Shown in pieces: positions 39,053-48,544 of a stretch of DNA of 64,000 nt. Location: NCBI GenBank assembly GCA_022451925.1, contig JAKUNL010000001.1, forward strand, positions 73,814 through 137,813, written 5' to 3'. Below the pieces are notes generated by a model that was given only the letters and a program-made list of their open reading frames with translations, made no database searches and had not been told where the DNA came from. The position numbers were made by a program, and so were the translations under genes. Source of the DNA: Dehalococcoidia bacterium. Lineage in GTDB: Bacteria > Chloroflexota > Dehalococcoidia > Lucifugimonadales > UBA3495. How positions within the stretch are numbered: the stretch's first letter is position 1; each line of letters begins with the position of its first letter.

Positions 39053-39979
39053 TTGGCAGACAATTACGACGTTTTGATTGTCGGTGGAGGCGTGGCAGGA
39101 ATGACCGCTGCAATGTACGCAGCACGCCACGGAATGCGAACCGGCATCATTGAAAAAATGATGGGTGGTGCGTCCATCATCAATATAGAAAAGATAGACA
39201 ACTTCCCCGGATTCCCAGATGGTATCTCCGGCGCAGAATTGGGCCCGGCAGTACAAGAACAAGCCATGAATGCCGGGGCCGATTTCATCATGGGAGACAC
39301 CACCAAAATAACCACGGATGGCGACTACCGAGTGGTTTCCAGCGATGCTGGAGAATCGCGTGCCAAGGCGGTAATCATTGCCGCTGGTTCCACATTGCGA
39401 CAATTGGGAATACCAGGGGAAGAAGAATATTTTGGGCGGGGAGTTTCCCAGTGTGCCACTTGCGATGGGCCGCTGTATATGAACCAAATAGTCGCCGTAG
39501 CTGGAGGTGGCGATTCGGCCGCAGACGAAGCCATAACGCTAACCGAGTACGCCGAGAAAGTATTGCTTGTGCACCGTCGCGACTCCCTTAGATCGCAACA
39601 AGCCCTCATAGACCAAGTGGCCTCTAATCGCAAGATTGAGGTGCTCTGGAATACCGTTGTCGAAGAAGTCCTGGGGACTGATACAGTGTCTGGCCTAAAG
39701 ATTCGCAATACCGTGACTAATCTTGATAACGCCATCGAGCTATCAGGCTTGTTCGTCTACATAGGACTTGAGCCAAATTCCGCCTTCACCAACGGTCTCT
39801 TAAAGACAGACAACGCCGGTCACATCCCAGTGAACATATCAATGGAAACAGAAGTCCAGGGAGTCTACGCGATCGGAGATGTTAGGCAGAACTCATCTTC
39901 TCAGTTAGTCTCTGTCGCCGGTGATGGGGCCACTGCGGCCATAGCCGCATTTAAATACATCTCTAGCAAGAACTGGTAA
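39053..39979 (+). CDS. trxB: Thioredoxin-disulfide reductase
   Basis: 308 aa with GGGVAGMTAA, the redox motif CATCDG and a second GGGDSA dinucleotide motif. TTG start after GGAGG. Confidence 0.92.
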   Translation: MADNYDVLIVGGGVAGMTAAMYAARHGMRTGIIEKMMGGASIINIEKIDNFPGFPDGISGAELGPAVQEQAMNAGADFIMGDTTKITTDGDYRVVSSDAGESRAKAVIIAAGSTLRQLGIPGEEEYFGRGVSQCATCDGPLYMNQIVAVAGGGDSAADEAITLTEYAEKVLLVHRRDSLRSQQALIDQVASNRKIEVLWNTVVEEVLGTDTVSGLKIRNTVTNLDNAIELSGLFVYIGLEPNSAFTNGLLKTDNAGHIPVNISMETEVQGVYAIGDVRQNSSSQLVSVAGDGATAAIAAFKYISSKNW

Positions 39980-40005
39980 TCGACCTTAGTACATAGGGAG
40001 GCGTT

Positions 40006-40368
40006 TTGGACTTAGTCGATCAACAACTACAAAACAGCAAGACCATCGCCGTGGTTGGCTTGTCTGGGGATCCGGATCGAATCAGTTTCCGAGTTTCCCG
40101 CTACATGCAGGAACAAGGTTACCGCATCATTCCGGTCAACCCGATGATTGACGAGGCGTTGGGCGAAAAAAGCTACCCCGACCTCAAATCGGTCCCAGAG
40201 GCCATTGATATGGTTAACATTTTCCGAAGATCTGAGTTGGTAGGTCCGGTGGTAGAACAGGCTATAGAGGTCGGTGCCAAATACATATGGATGCAAGACG
40301 GTGTGATTGACGAAGACGGGGCCGCCAAGGCGGAGGCCGCAGGAATACCAGTCATCATGGACGATTGA
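40006..40368 (+). CDS. CoA-binding domain protein (YccU-like)
   Basis: 120 aa with IAVVGLSGDPDRISFRV...GYRIIPVNP. Confidence 0.8.
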   Translation: MDLVDQQLQNSKTIAVVGLSGDPDRISFRVSRYMQEQGYRIIPVNPMIDEALGEKSYPDLKSVPEAIDMVNIFRRSELVGPVVEQAIEVGAKYIWMQDGVIDEDGAAKAEAAGIPVIMDD

Positions 40369-40384
40369 ACTCTACGACAGCATC

Positions 40385-40401
40385 GCCGCCGGTTCGGCGG
40401 C
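40385..40401 (+). terminator. GC hairpin after the CoA-binding gene (no U tract)
   Basis: gccgccg-gtt-cggcggc, 17 nt after the stop codon. Confidence 0.3.
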
Positions 40402-40671
40402 TAACGATCTGCACCTAGCGAACGCTAGCTTAATAGAATTACAATTAGACAACCTAGTCTCGAAGTATCTTATTACGCCGTACATAACCTTATTAATGTA
40501 ATATTTGAATACTGCTGTAATAGTATCCGGATTCGCTACCACATAATGGTCTAGGTCCGACTCTAATCAGGATTCCTAAGAAAGTTGCCAATTGACAAAT
40601 TTCAGTGATGGCAGAAAAGATCTGGATTACTTTCGCTCACTCAACGTCGACTCTTAGCAGGTATTATTAAA

Positions 40672-41124
40672 TTGACCACACAGGACGAACTGGGATCCCA
40701 CTTGAAGACAATGGGCATCAGGCTAACACCCCAGCGATTAGCAATCGCAGAAGTGGTGGTGAATTCAGGAGACCACCCGTCTGTAAAAGAAATATTCAGT
40801 CGCGTGAAAGAGTTCTTCCCTTACGTAACCCTGGCCACGGTCTACTCGACATTGACCGTACTAGAGAAAGTCGGGATAGTTCGTGAACTACCGTTCCAAA
40901 AGCAATCCCGATACGATGCCAACTTGTCACCCCATGCCAACCTCGTGTGTGTCGGCTGCGGCAGCGTACATGACGCTGATGTAGGCCAAAGCATGGTTGC
41001 TGACCTTAGGGACAAACTCGAAGTGTCATCCAATTTCGAATTCGCAGGTCAACGGGTGGACTTCTACGGCTGGTGCCCTAACTGCGCCAACCGTCGCAAC
41101 CACCAAACAGAATCACCCAGCTAA
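40672..41124 (+). CDS. Fur-family transcriptional regulator (Fur/PerR/Zur subtype undetermined)
   Basis: 150 aa with a winged-helix N-terminus (RLTPQRLAIAEVV) and two CxxC pairs (CVGC, CPNC). Confidence 0.85.
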   Translation: MTTQDELGSHLKTMGIRLTPQRLAIAEVVVNSGDHPSVKEIFSRVKEFFPYVTLATVYSTLTVLEKVGIVRELPFQKQSRYDANLSPHANLVCVGCGSVHDADVGQSMVADLRDKLEVSSNFEFAGQRVDFYGWCPNCANRRNHQTESPS

Positions 41125-41350
41125 ATAATCGCCCCAATATACCTGAGATTATAAAACAAAGTCATAGTACCCCCATGCTTATGTAATCGTTTTGGTGTTT
41201 CTCATCCTATGCGCTTATATCGATTAAGTCGAAACCCACACATTAATCTCCAAAACTAATTAGGTCTTTTCAATCAAGCTGCTAGAGTGCTCCGTTGACC
41301 ATGATTTAATTCATTCCACCGGTACTTCTGACGGCAGTCTTAGAAGCCGA

Positions 41351-43303
41351 TCATGCGGGCAGATTGAATATCTCCACTGACTCGATCTGGTCGGCCAAAT
41401 CAAACCCGAACACCTTGGAATAAAAGTAAAGTTCAGCTTCCAGAGCCCGCTTAATATTCTCAGATCGCCTGAACCCGTGCTGCTCACCTTCAAACGAAAT
41501 GTATGCCGTGGGAATGCCCTTGCCTCGAACGGCGTCGAACATCATTTCAGACTGATTGGGTGGCACAATCTGGTCCTCAAGGCCTTGGAACAGAATGAGT
41601 GGGCACGAAAGCATTTCCGTGTGGTTGACGGGTGATCTCTCTTTATAGATATCTTGAGATTCCGGGTAAGCTCCCACCAAGCCATCCAAATACCGTGATT
41701 CAAATTTGTGGGTTTCTTTAGCAAGTGCTTCCAAATCACTGACCCCATAGTGACTGGCTCCAGCCTTGAAAACCTGTTTAAAGGTCAACGCTGCCAAAGT
41801 AGTGTATCCGCCTGCACTACCACCGTCGATCGCCAGACGGTTCGGATCCGCCTTTCCTTGGGCGACCATATGCAAAGCGGCATTACAACAGTCATCAACA
41901 TCAACAATACCCCAGGAGCCATCCAAGCGCTTTCGGTATTCCCTCCCATATCCGGTACTCCCACCATAATTAACGTCCAAAACTCCAATACCTCTGCTGG
42001 TCCAAAACTGTATTCCTAAATCCAATGCAGTCGACGCTGAACCAGTCGGACCTCCGTGACTCTTGACCAATAACGGCGGAGTTTCACCTACATGTCCTAT
42101 GAAATCAAGGTTCATCGGTGGGTAATAAAAAGCGTGGGCCGTCTGGCCATTTTCGGTAGGAAATTCCACCGGTTGGGCGGTAGAAAGATAACCTTCATCT
42201 ATTTGAAGATCATTAGACTTTTTGAGTTCCCACCATTTACTGGAGGCCAGGTCAATCTGGACCACAGACATCGGCAAAGAAGGAGCCCCACCAACGAAAA
42301 CGATCTTACCGTCACCGACTTTCAGGTCGCCTCGCCCCATCTCAGAATAAGGAGTATCTATGCCTAAAAGCATCTTTGACGGTATGTGGAACATGGCAAT
42401 TTTCCAGGCGTCGTTGTCCGTATAGCAGCAAGCGATCAGATCTTCTGAAGCAAAGGAGTATGTTCCTGATCCGAAGGCCCACTGCGGTTTACCAAACTCG
42501 CTCTGTCTACTCGTCAATTGCCAGAGTTGGCCATTTTCAGCTCGCCATAGATTCCACCAACCAGTTCGGTCCGATACAAAGTGAAGGACGCTTTCCGGTG
42601 ACCATTCTGGCTGGAAGACAGACTCATTAGCGTTCCCAGCTACTAAATGTGGTTCTCCAAGTCTCCCTTGTTCATTGAATCTAGCGACGTAGAGTTCAGT
42701 TCCGTCCCACGGCATGTTGGGGTGGTTCCAAGTCAGCCAACACAATGACCGTCCATCCGGACTAACCCTGGGATTGGAACAAAAGTCAGAACCTTGATAT
42801 ATAACATCTTGTTCGCACTTTCCTGTTGCATCCACTGCAACGATGGCATTGACTGGCTCACCAACTTCGGTATGATCTTCTCGAACACAAATGATGCGGT
42901 TTCTCGTTACGTCAAAACAGCCGTCGGCATAACGCATCTCAACTTCTGGAGTGATTGGTTGTGGCTTTAAACCAGGGTCTTGTCGATAAATACGCTGGTC
43001 AAAGAAATTAGAAAAATAAACCACCCCTTCGTTCACCAAATAAGCTCCACCGCCGTACTCGTGAACCAATGTACGGACGCTAAACCCCTCTGGAGTCACG
43101 TCAACAGGCTCTGGCTGAGAATCAGTTTCAGTTTCAGGGCTTTGCTTTACAATGACCATCCTCCCACCTTCTGAAGGTCTCATCTCCAACCAGTAAATAT
43201 CTTCATCATCCAACACCACCTGGCCCAAACCGATGGCTCCGGATAGGATTAGTTCGGTAGTAATTGGCGACTTCCAAGAGCCGTAGGCAGCAATATCAGG
43301 CAT
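41351..43303 (-). CDS. S9-family serine peptidase (prolyl oligopeptidase/dipeptidyl aminopeptidase type) with N-terminal beta-propeller
   Basis: 650 aa with the GGSAGGY nucleophile motif and a C-terminal Asp/His region (GLEDQIVP ... EGEQHGF). Confidence 0.85.
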   Translation of the reverse strand: MPDIAAYGSWKSPITTELILSGAIGLGQVVLDDEDIYWLEMRPSEGGRMVIVKQSPETETDSQPEPVDVTPEGFSVRTLVHEYGGGAYLVNEGVVYFSNFFDQRIYRQDPGLKPQPITPEVEMRYADGCFDVTRNRIICVREDHTEVGEPVNAIVAVDATGKCEQDVIYQGSDFCSNPRVSPDGRSLCWLTWNHPNMPWDGTELYVARFNEQGRLGEPHLVAGNANESVFQPEWSPESVLHFVSDRTGWWNLWRAENGQLWQLTSRQSEFGKPQWAFGSGTYSFASEDLIACCYTDNDAWKIAMFHIPSKMLLGIDTPYSEMGRGDLKVGDGKIVFVGGAPSLPMSVVQIDLASSKWWELKKSNDLQIDEGYLSTAQPVEFPTENGQTAHAFYYPPMNLDFIGHVGETPPLLVKSHGGPTGSASTALDLGIQFWTSRGIGVLDVNYGGSTGYGREYRKRLDGSWGIVDVDDCCNAALHMVAQGKADPNRLAIDGGSAGGYTTLAALTFKQVFKAGASHYGVSDLEALAKETHKFESRYLDGLVGAYPESQDIYKERSPVNHTEMLSCPLILFQGLEDQIVPPNQSEMMFDAVRGKGIPTAYISFEGEQHGFRRSENIKRALEAELYFYSKVFGFDLADQIESVEIFNLPA

Positions 43304-43480
43304 CGGCCGTCTCCTAATCAGTTGGTCTATGTTATGTAAGCTCTTTACAAGGAAATTATAGCGGCGGCTCGAACCACGTTAAAAGACTCTGACAACCTGT
43401 TGACCGTCACCTTGACTGCTACTATATTTGTTCCAAATTCGCCTGGATCCATCCTCTATGTATCTCAAAAGGACACTTAC

Positions 43481-44428
43481 ATGAGAAAGTCCCACGCCCA
43501 TAACACAGCTCAACTTCCTGTACCCACAATGGAGGAAGTCAGCCCGGGCATCTATGCCTATGTCCAACTTGACGGCAGCTGGGGGTTGAACAATACGGGT
43601 TTCATCAAGGGCCAAAACGGACTGACCATGATTGATACCTGTTTTACAGAAGCCCGTACAAAGTCATACCTGGACTCAGTGCGACGCGTATCGTTATTAC
43701 CTATGAATACCCTAGTCAACACCCATCACCATGGCGACCACACCCATGGCAACTACTTGATTAAAAATTCAGCAATCATCGGCCATGAGCTGTGCAGAGA
43801 AACAGTTATCGCCACTGGCTTACAGTCACTTCATCCCTTGTTCCCCAACGTTACGTGGGGAAATCTCGAACTGGCCCCGCCAACTATCACCTTCAAAGAA
43901 CAGTTGGACATCTACGCTGGAGACAATGACGAACTTAAGATTGAGCTAATCTACATGGGGCCAGCCCATACCACCAACGACATCGTAGCCTGGATCCCTG
44001 AACGCAAACTGCTTTTCTCCGGAGACCTGATATTCAACCAGGGCACACCATTCGTGGCCATGGGGTCTGTATCCGGTTCGCTACAAGCAATCAAGCGGTT
44101 GCGGCTGTTAGGTGCTGAGAATATCATCCCCGGTCACGGATCAGTGTGCGGCCCAGAAGTGATGAACGACATCGAAGATTACCTGACCCTGGTTCAAGAC
44201 ACGGCTCGCCAAGCCTTTGAAGCTGGGATTACTCCATTGGAGGCATCGCGTCAAGTGGACTTGGGGAGGTTCGCCCATTGGCACGATTCAGAGCGGATCG
44301 CTGGAAACCTTCACCGAGCTTATTCAGAACTACGTTCGGAGCCTATCGGGAGCGTATTGGATCTTAGGCAGATCGTCTCGGACATGGTTAGCCTAAACGA
44401 AGGCCGACCTGTGCGGTGTTTGGCCTAA
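43481..44428 (+). CDS. MBL-fold metallo-hydrolase
   Basis: NTHHHGDHTHGN motif. Start placed at the first ATG (43481); the track TTG at 43400 is less likely. Confidence 0.8.
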   Translation: MRKSHAHNTAQLPVPTMEEVSPGIYAYVQLDGSWGLNNTGFIKGQNGLTMIDTCFTEARTKSYLDSVRRVSLLPMNTLVNTHHHGDHTHGNYLIKNSAIIGHELCRETVIATGLQSLHPLFPNVTWGNLELAPPTITFKEQLDIYAGDNDELKIELIYMGPAHTTNDIVAWIPERKLLFSGDLIFNQGTPFVAMGSVSGSLQAIKRLRLLGAENIIPGHGSVCGPEVMNDIEDYLTLVQDTARQAFEAGITPLEASRQVDLGRFAHWHDSERIAGNLHRAYSELRSEPIGSVLDLRQIVSDMVSLNEGRPVRCLA

Positions 44429-44431
44429 GCT

Positions 44432-46105
44432 TCAACGAAAGAGCTCATCTACCTTTCGCTTTTTCTCCTCTTCCGAGTCTCCACCACCTTCGATAGTCTC
44501 GTAAAAAGAGGTCCCGTAATCTCGAATACGAACCACTACCGGAAGCGGCAGTGCGTGGCCAAACACCAGCGCCTGCTGCTTAGACTCCAACCGAGACAGC
44601 ACTGACCTAAGCGCACGACTTCCTGATGTCCCAGAAAGTACCGCGTCGATATCACGTTCATTGTCAAGCAGGCAGCTAAACCGAGTGCCAACCTGGCTCA
44701 GAACTTCTGAGTCGATGCCACTGGGCCGCTGATCGATGACCATTAGCGTCACGTTGTACTTCCGAAGCTCTCGGGCAATTATTCCAAAGATGGTCTGGGA
44801 CGCCACGCTGGAATTCAAGAACTTATGGGCTTCTTCGATTACAATTACCAGCGGTCGCGGCTCCTTCCCAGCCCCGCCCATAGCCGTCTCTTTCGCCTCC
44901 ACGTATTTGCGATGAATACGCCTTGTCAATAGATTACTAACTAGGATGTAGGCTGCCTCATCGTCACCGTATCGGCCAAATTCCAGTACCACATGCTGTC
45001 CACGTTCCAAGTGCTCAATCATTAGAGCCGCAGTGTCTACTCTACTATGCTCCACCATGAAGCCATGCCTAGTAAAACGACCCATGCGGTTATACAGCGC
45101 ACGCAAGGCCCCGGGGTTGACCTGCAACTCATCAGCAAGTTCCAACAAGGACCCGTTTCTCCCCGAATCCAAAAACTCTTTAAGCCAACTTTCTTCGCCA
45201 TATTTTTCCCTCAGGTTATAAGCGCATGAGGCGGCGACATCTGACAAGTTCAACGACTCCCTTAATAATTCCACATCCTCAGGCTCGATGTGGTTCAATC
45301 CTAGTTTCACGGTTTCGTCGGTGGATAAGCCCCGGCGTCGAGAGTGGTCATCGTCCAGGGTGAACGTTGACACCTTAGCACCGAACAATTGCTTCAAGCC
45401 TTTAACATTCACGCCTTTGTCGGCATCCTGTCCCTGCCAACCGTATTCGCTGTGCATGTCAAAGATTAAAGACGAAGCCTGGGCGTTCTGGACGATTCCA
45501 GCCAACAGCAGTCGGGTGAGGAATGTCTTCCCAGTGCCGCTTTTGCCAAACACGCCCATAGATCGTTTAACCAATTCACCCAAATCAAGACAGAGTTTGG
45601 TCTCCATATCTAGAGGGCTGCCTAACCAAAAATTACCGTCTTTCTCGCTCCCAAAGACTGTTTCAACATCCTCCTGAGAGGAGATGTACGCTCGGGAGAA
45701 GTGATCGGGTATGCTCTTAGCAGCTGCAGGCCCTTGCTCATCACCTAGCACATCCGGCAGAGTCAGTTGGGGCAAGACAGACACCATACCAAAGGCGACT
45801 GTCCCCTGCAGAGCTTGAATCACGAAAACGTCGTCAGTCGGAATCGAAGCGTATTTCATTCGGGGGTCTGTACTGCCCAAAGCAATATCTGTGACCACGC
45901 CAAAGAACCGGTTATTAGAACCTTGAAGGGTCACAAACGTGCCGACTTTTATCCGTTCCACTGACACATCAGAATCAAGTCGTACTTCGACACCATTGGT
46001 TACCGATCCATCGACGACCATACCCAAGGGTTGTCCTTGTCGCGCAGCAAACTTACCGTTAGCCATCTCATTAGCATCCCCTATTGGATGGTCAAACAAT
46101 GTCAC
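44432..46105 (-). CDS. HerA/FtsK-superfamily (DUF87-like) P-loop ATPase with N-terminal barrel
   Basis: 557 aa with Walker A GKSGTGKT, Walker B VIVIEEAH and MVIDQRPS. N-terminal beta-barrel-like segment GMVVDGSVTNGVEVRL...GTFVTL...FGVVTDI. GTGA overlap with the upstream gene. Confidence 0.75.
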   Translation of the reverse strand: MTLFDHPIGDANEMANGKFAARQGQPLGMVVDGSVTNGVEVRLDSDVSVERIKVGTFVTLQGSNNRFFGVVTDIALGSTDPRMKYASIPTDDVFVIQALQGTVAFGMVSVLPQLTLPDVLGDEQGPAAAKSIPDHFSRAYISSQEDVETVFGSEKDGNFWLGSPLDMETKLCLDLGELVKRSMGVFGKSGTGKTFLTRLLLAGIVQNAQASSLIFDMHSEYGWQGQDADKGVNVKGLKQLFGAKVSTFTLDDDHSRRRGLSTDETVKLGLNHIEPEDVELLRESLNLSDVAASCAYNLREKYGEESWLKEFLDSGRNGSLLELADELQVNPGALRALYNRMGRFTRHGFMVEHSRVDTAALMIEHLERGQHVVLEFGRYGDDEAAYILVSNLLTRRIHRKYVEAKETAMGGAGKEPRPLVIVIEEAHKFLNSSVASQTIFGIIARELRKYNVTLMVIDQRPSGIDSEVLSQVGTRFSCLLDNERDIDAVLSGTSGSRALRSVLSRLESKQQALVFGHALPLPVVVRIRDYGTSFYETIEGGGDSEEEKKRKVDELFR

Positions 46106-46716
46106 GGCGAAATTCTCCGTAGTATTGAGTTCAATCGAGGTACGTCTGCAGAGAGTTCAACGGCCAACGTCCGACAGGCTTGCGAAATGAAATATTTTGG
46201 CTGGTCATGCGAAGCTGCTGCTTGTCGGATACACGCACTTACTATTTCATCTGAATGTGAAGCTCCGGAATTCAACAGCAGTCGGAGTAGGTCCAGGTGT
46301 CTCGTAAACTCAACCACCTCATCAGCGCTACAAGAATAGATAAACGAGTGAACCCGTGGCGGTCGAGGTGGTAAATATTGGCGAGTGACGTTCTTGTCCA
46401 CATAACCGGCTATAAAAACTTCAAAGCGTGAAGTCAATAATCGGGACAATTGGGGATTATCGCGTATGATATCCCCTTCTGAGACCGCGGCTTCGCCTCT
46501 AGCCAGTACTGGTCTGGCCGAGTCTAGTGGTTCAGTGGTCACAGTGCCCACAACACCATAAATCTCTGGTAAGTCAGTCCGCACCAATTCCCCGAGTGCT
46601 GGGGCCATTTCAAGTTGGTAGCATTGAGCAACGAATGAGGTCGAAGAAGAAACTACTACCTCTCCCAGTCTGCGTTTCATTAACGGACTAGGGTTACTTC
46701 CGGTAGAAACTGTCAT
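46102..46716 (-). CDS. Hypothetical protein, partner of the HerA-like ATPase
   Basis: About 204 aa, translationally coupled to the ATPase. The N-terminus (LGEVVVSSSTSFVAQCYQLE...GELVRTDL..IYGVVGTVT) resembles the ATPase barrel by eye. No catalytic motif recognised. Start set to the ATG at 46716. Confidence 0.5.
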   Translation of the reverse strand: MTVSTGSNPSPLMKRRLGEVVVSSSTSFVAQCYQLEMAPALGELVRTDLPEIYGVVGTVTTEPLDSARPVLARGEAAVSEGDIIRDNPQLSRLLTSRFEVFIAGYVDKNVTRQYLPPRPPRVHSFIYSCSADEVVEFTRHLDLLRLLLNSGASHSDEIVSACIRQAAASHDQPKYFISQACRTLAVELSADVPRLNSILRRISP

Positions 46717-46742
46717 CTGGCAAGCCAATTTGCATCCAACAT
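46713..46742 (-). promoter_or_regulatory. Candidate 9-codon leader ORF (MLDANWLAR) ATGA-coupled to the downstream gene
   Basis: The duplicated purine tract GAGGAAGGGGTGAGGAAGGG ends 4 nt before the ATG at 46742. The leader stop TGA overlaps the ATG at 46716 (ATGA). Confidence 0.25.
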
Positions 46743-46852
46743 GCGACCCTTCCTCACCCCTTCCTCAAGGATTCCATTAGTCTAACAGCCTGGTTTCAGT
46801 AACCAGTCCGACTCGAAATCAAGTAATTCCAGACGTCGCCCGCAATGTTATC

Positions 46853-46881
46853 ACGATAGGTAACCCGGCACCTGCTGTCAA
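46853..46881 (-). promoter_or_regulatory. Candidate sigma-70 promoter for the HerA-like two-gene unit
   Basis: Minus strand TTGACA-17 nt-TATCGT. Confidence 0.35.
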
Positions 46882-46941
46882 TGATAGGAAGAGCCGGTTT
46901 TGCAATTCATTAATCGAAAGTAGCCTGTTCTATGGCTTTAG

Positions 46942-48162
46942 TTAATTTAGGGAGACAGGCATGTTCTTAATGGAACGAAAGGTAATGCTGGGTTGGTATT
47001 CCATCTCGTTAGTTTGCAACTGCAGTTTGGGATACCGTTCGGCTAGAGCTGCAAATACTTCCTGGCCTTCTACACGAGCTATTGTTGCTCCTAAACAATG
47101 GTGGACACCGGATCCAAATGCAACATGGGGATTAGGCCAACGGGTAATATCCATAGTATTGGGGTTCTCAAACTTGTTAGGATCCCTGTTGGCCGAAGAG
47201 ATAAACCAGCGAAGACGATCATCTTTCTTGATCTGTTTCCCATGTAATTCTACGTCTCCTGCGGCAATGCGTGTTATGGACTTGACCGGAGAGTCGTACC
47301 GCAAAGCTTCCTCCGTTGCCCTGACCATCAGTCCTCTGGGGTTAGATTTCAGTAGGTCCCACTGGTCGCGATTATTCATGAAAGAAAGAGTACCGTTGCA
47401 GATCAGGTTGATGGTAGTCTCATGGCCGGCCAGCAGTAGTAACGCGGTGTTGACCAGAACCTGCTCTCGAGTGAATACACCAGTTTTCTCCCCACCAGCT
47501 AACACCGAAATAAAATCGTCTTTGGGGTTTTGAATCCTTTCTTCCACCATTGGGGTTACATATTCGTCCATGCCTTTCATCCCATCAGAAAGATGCCGCA
47601 TTCGGTCGGGTTCACCCCGACCAATGTTCAACAGTTTCTCAGCCAATAGCCTAATCTGTCGACGCTCCGTCTCGGGCACCCCCATCATCTCGGCAATAAC
47701 TAAAACCGGTAAAGGCACGGCCAGATCCCGCATAAGATCCACATCGCCCTTGGCTTCCGCTTCATCGAGTAACTCGACAATGGCCGATCTCACCAATGGC
47801 CGCCACTCTTCCATCGACTTTGGGGTGAAGAAAGAATGCAGGACTTTCCGCATTTCCAGATGTTCTGGTCGGTCATGTTGGATGAACATCTTACTTTGGT
47901 AGTTTTTTACGTAGTCGTAAAGTTCAGTATCGGACTCATATATTGCCGGGTAGGCTGGCCGTGGATCGTTGGCCATCACTTGGCTAGAGAATTGCTCGTG
48001 ATTTCTCGTTAACCAAACCAGGTCATCATGCCTAGTAACCACCCATAGCTCGTACAACTCGTTCCAGTGAACCGGGTCCTCATCCCGAAGGCGGCCGTAG
48101 TATTCATAGGGATCCTGAATAACGTCTGCGGTGAACATATCATCGTTAATCGTCGTTACCAA
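46942..48162 (-). CDS. Cytochrome P450
   Basis: 406 aa with heme-thiolate loop FGSGVHHCLGA, ExxR (EEALR) and I-helix AGHETT. Confidence 0.92.
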   Translation of the reverse strand: MVTTINDDMFTADVIQDPYEYYGRLRDEDPVHWNELYELWVVTRHDDLVWLTRNHEQFSSQVMANDPRPAYPAIYESDTELYDYVKNYQSKMFIQHDRPEHLEMRKVLHSFFTPKSMEEWRPLVRSAIVELLDEAEAKGDVDLMRDLAVPLPVLVIAEMMGVPETERRQIRLLAEKLLNIGRGEPDRMRHLSDGMKGMDEYVTPMVEERIQNPKDDFISVLAGGEKTGVFTREQVLVNTALLLLAGHETTINLICNGTLSFMNNRDQWDLLKSNPRGLMVRATEEALRYDSPVKSITRIAAGDVELHGKQIKKDDRLRWFISSANRDPNKFENPNTMDITRWPNPHVAFGSGVHHCLGATIARVEGQEVFAALAERYPKLQLQTNEMEYQPSITFRSIKNMPVSLN

Positions 48163-48544
48163 TTTGCCCTCACAAAAGTGCTGAATCGAGCCTGAAAAAC
48201 AATGCCCAAACCCTAATTCAATAATGATTATTTGTCAATAAAATGCACATCGAATCACTAAGTAGTTTAACGTGCCGTCTCCCATTAAAAGCGGATATTG
48301 TTAGAAGGCTTGCAACGTATTCATACTGGATTCAATGTGAAACTATTTCGTAACCAAATCGAGCGAAAACATTTATATCCACCCAAATACCAGCCTCTGG
48401 TACTAGCCAAAAATTTGCTGTTGTTATGACATCCTGAAAAAGGTAACAATTAATCTTTGTAATTAAGGATGTTACCAGGGATAATTGACTCATATATTCC
48501 GGTATTCGTCCGGCCAACAATGTTAAATATGCGGGGAGAACGGG

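Noticed and set aside
40366-40401. TGA stop of the CoA-binding gene followed 17 nt later by a GC hairpin, as a third Sec site
   Set aside because: Read-through would add only about 12 residues (TLRQHRRRFGG) before a TAA. There is no redox motif at the TGA and the protein already ends at its normal length. The hairpin is better explained as a terminator.
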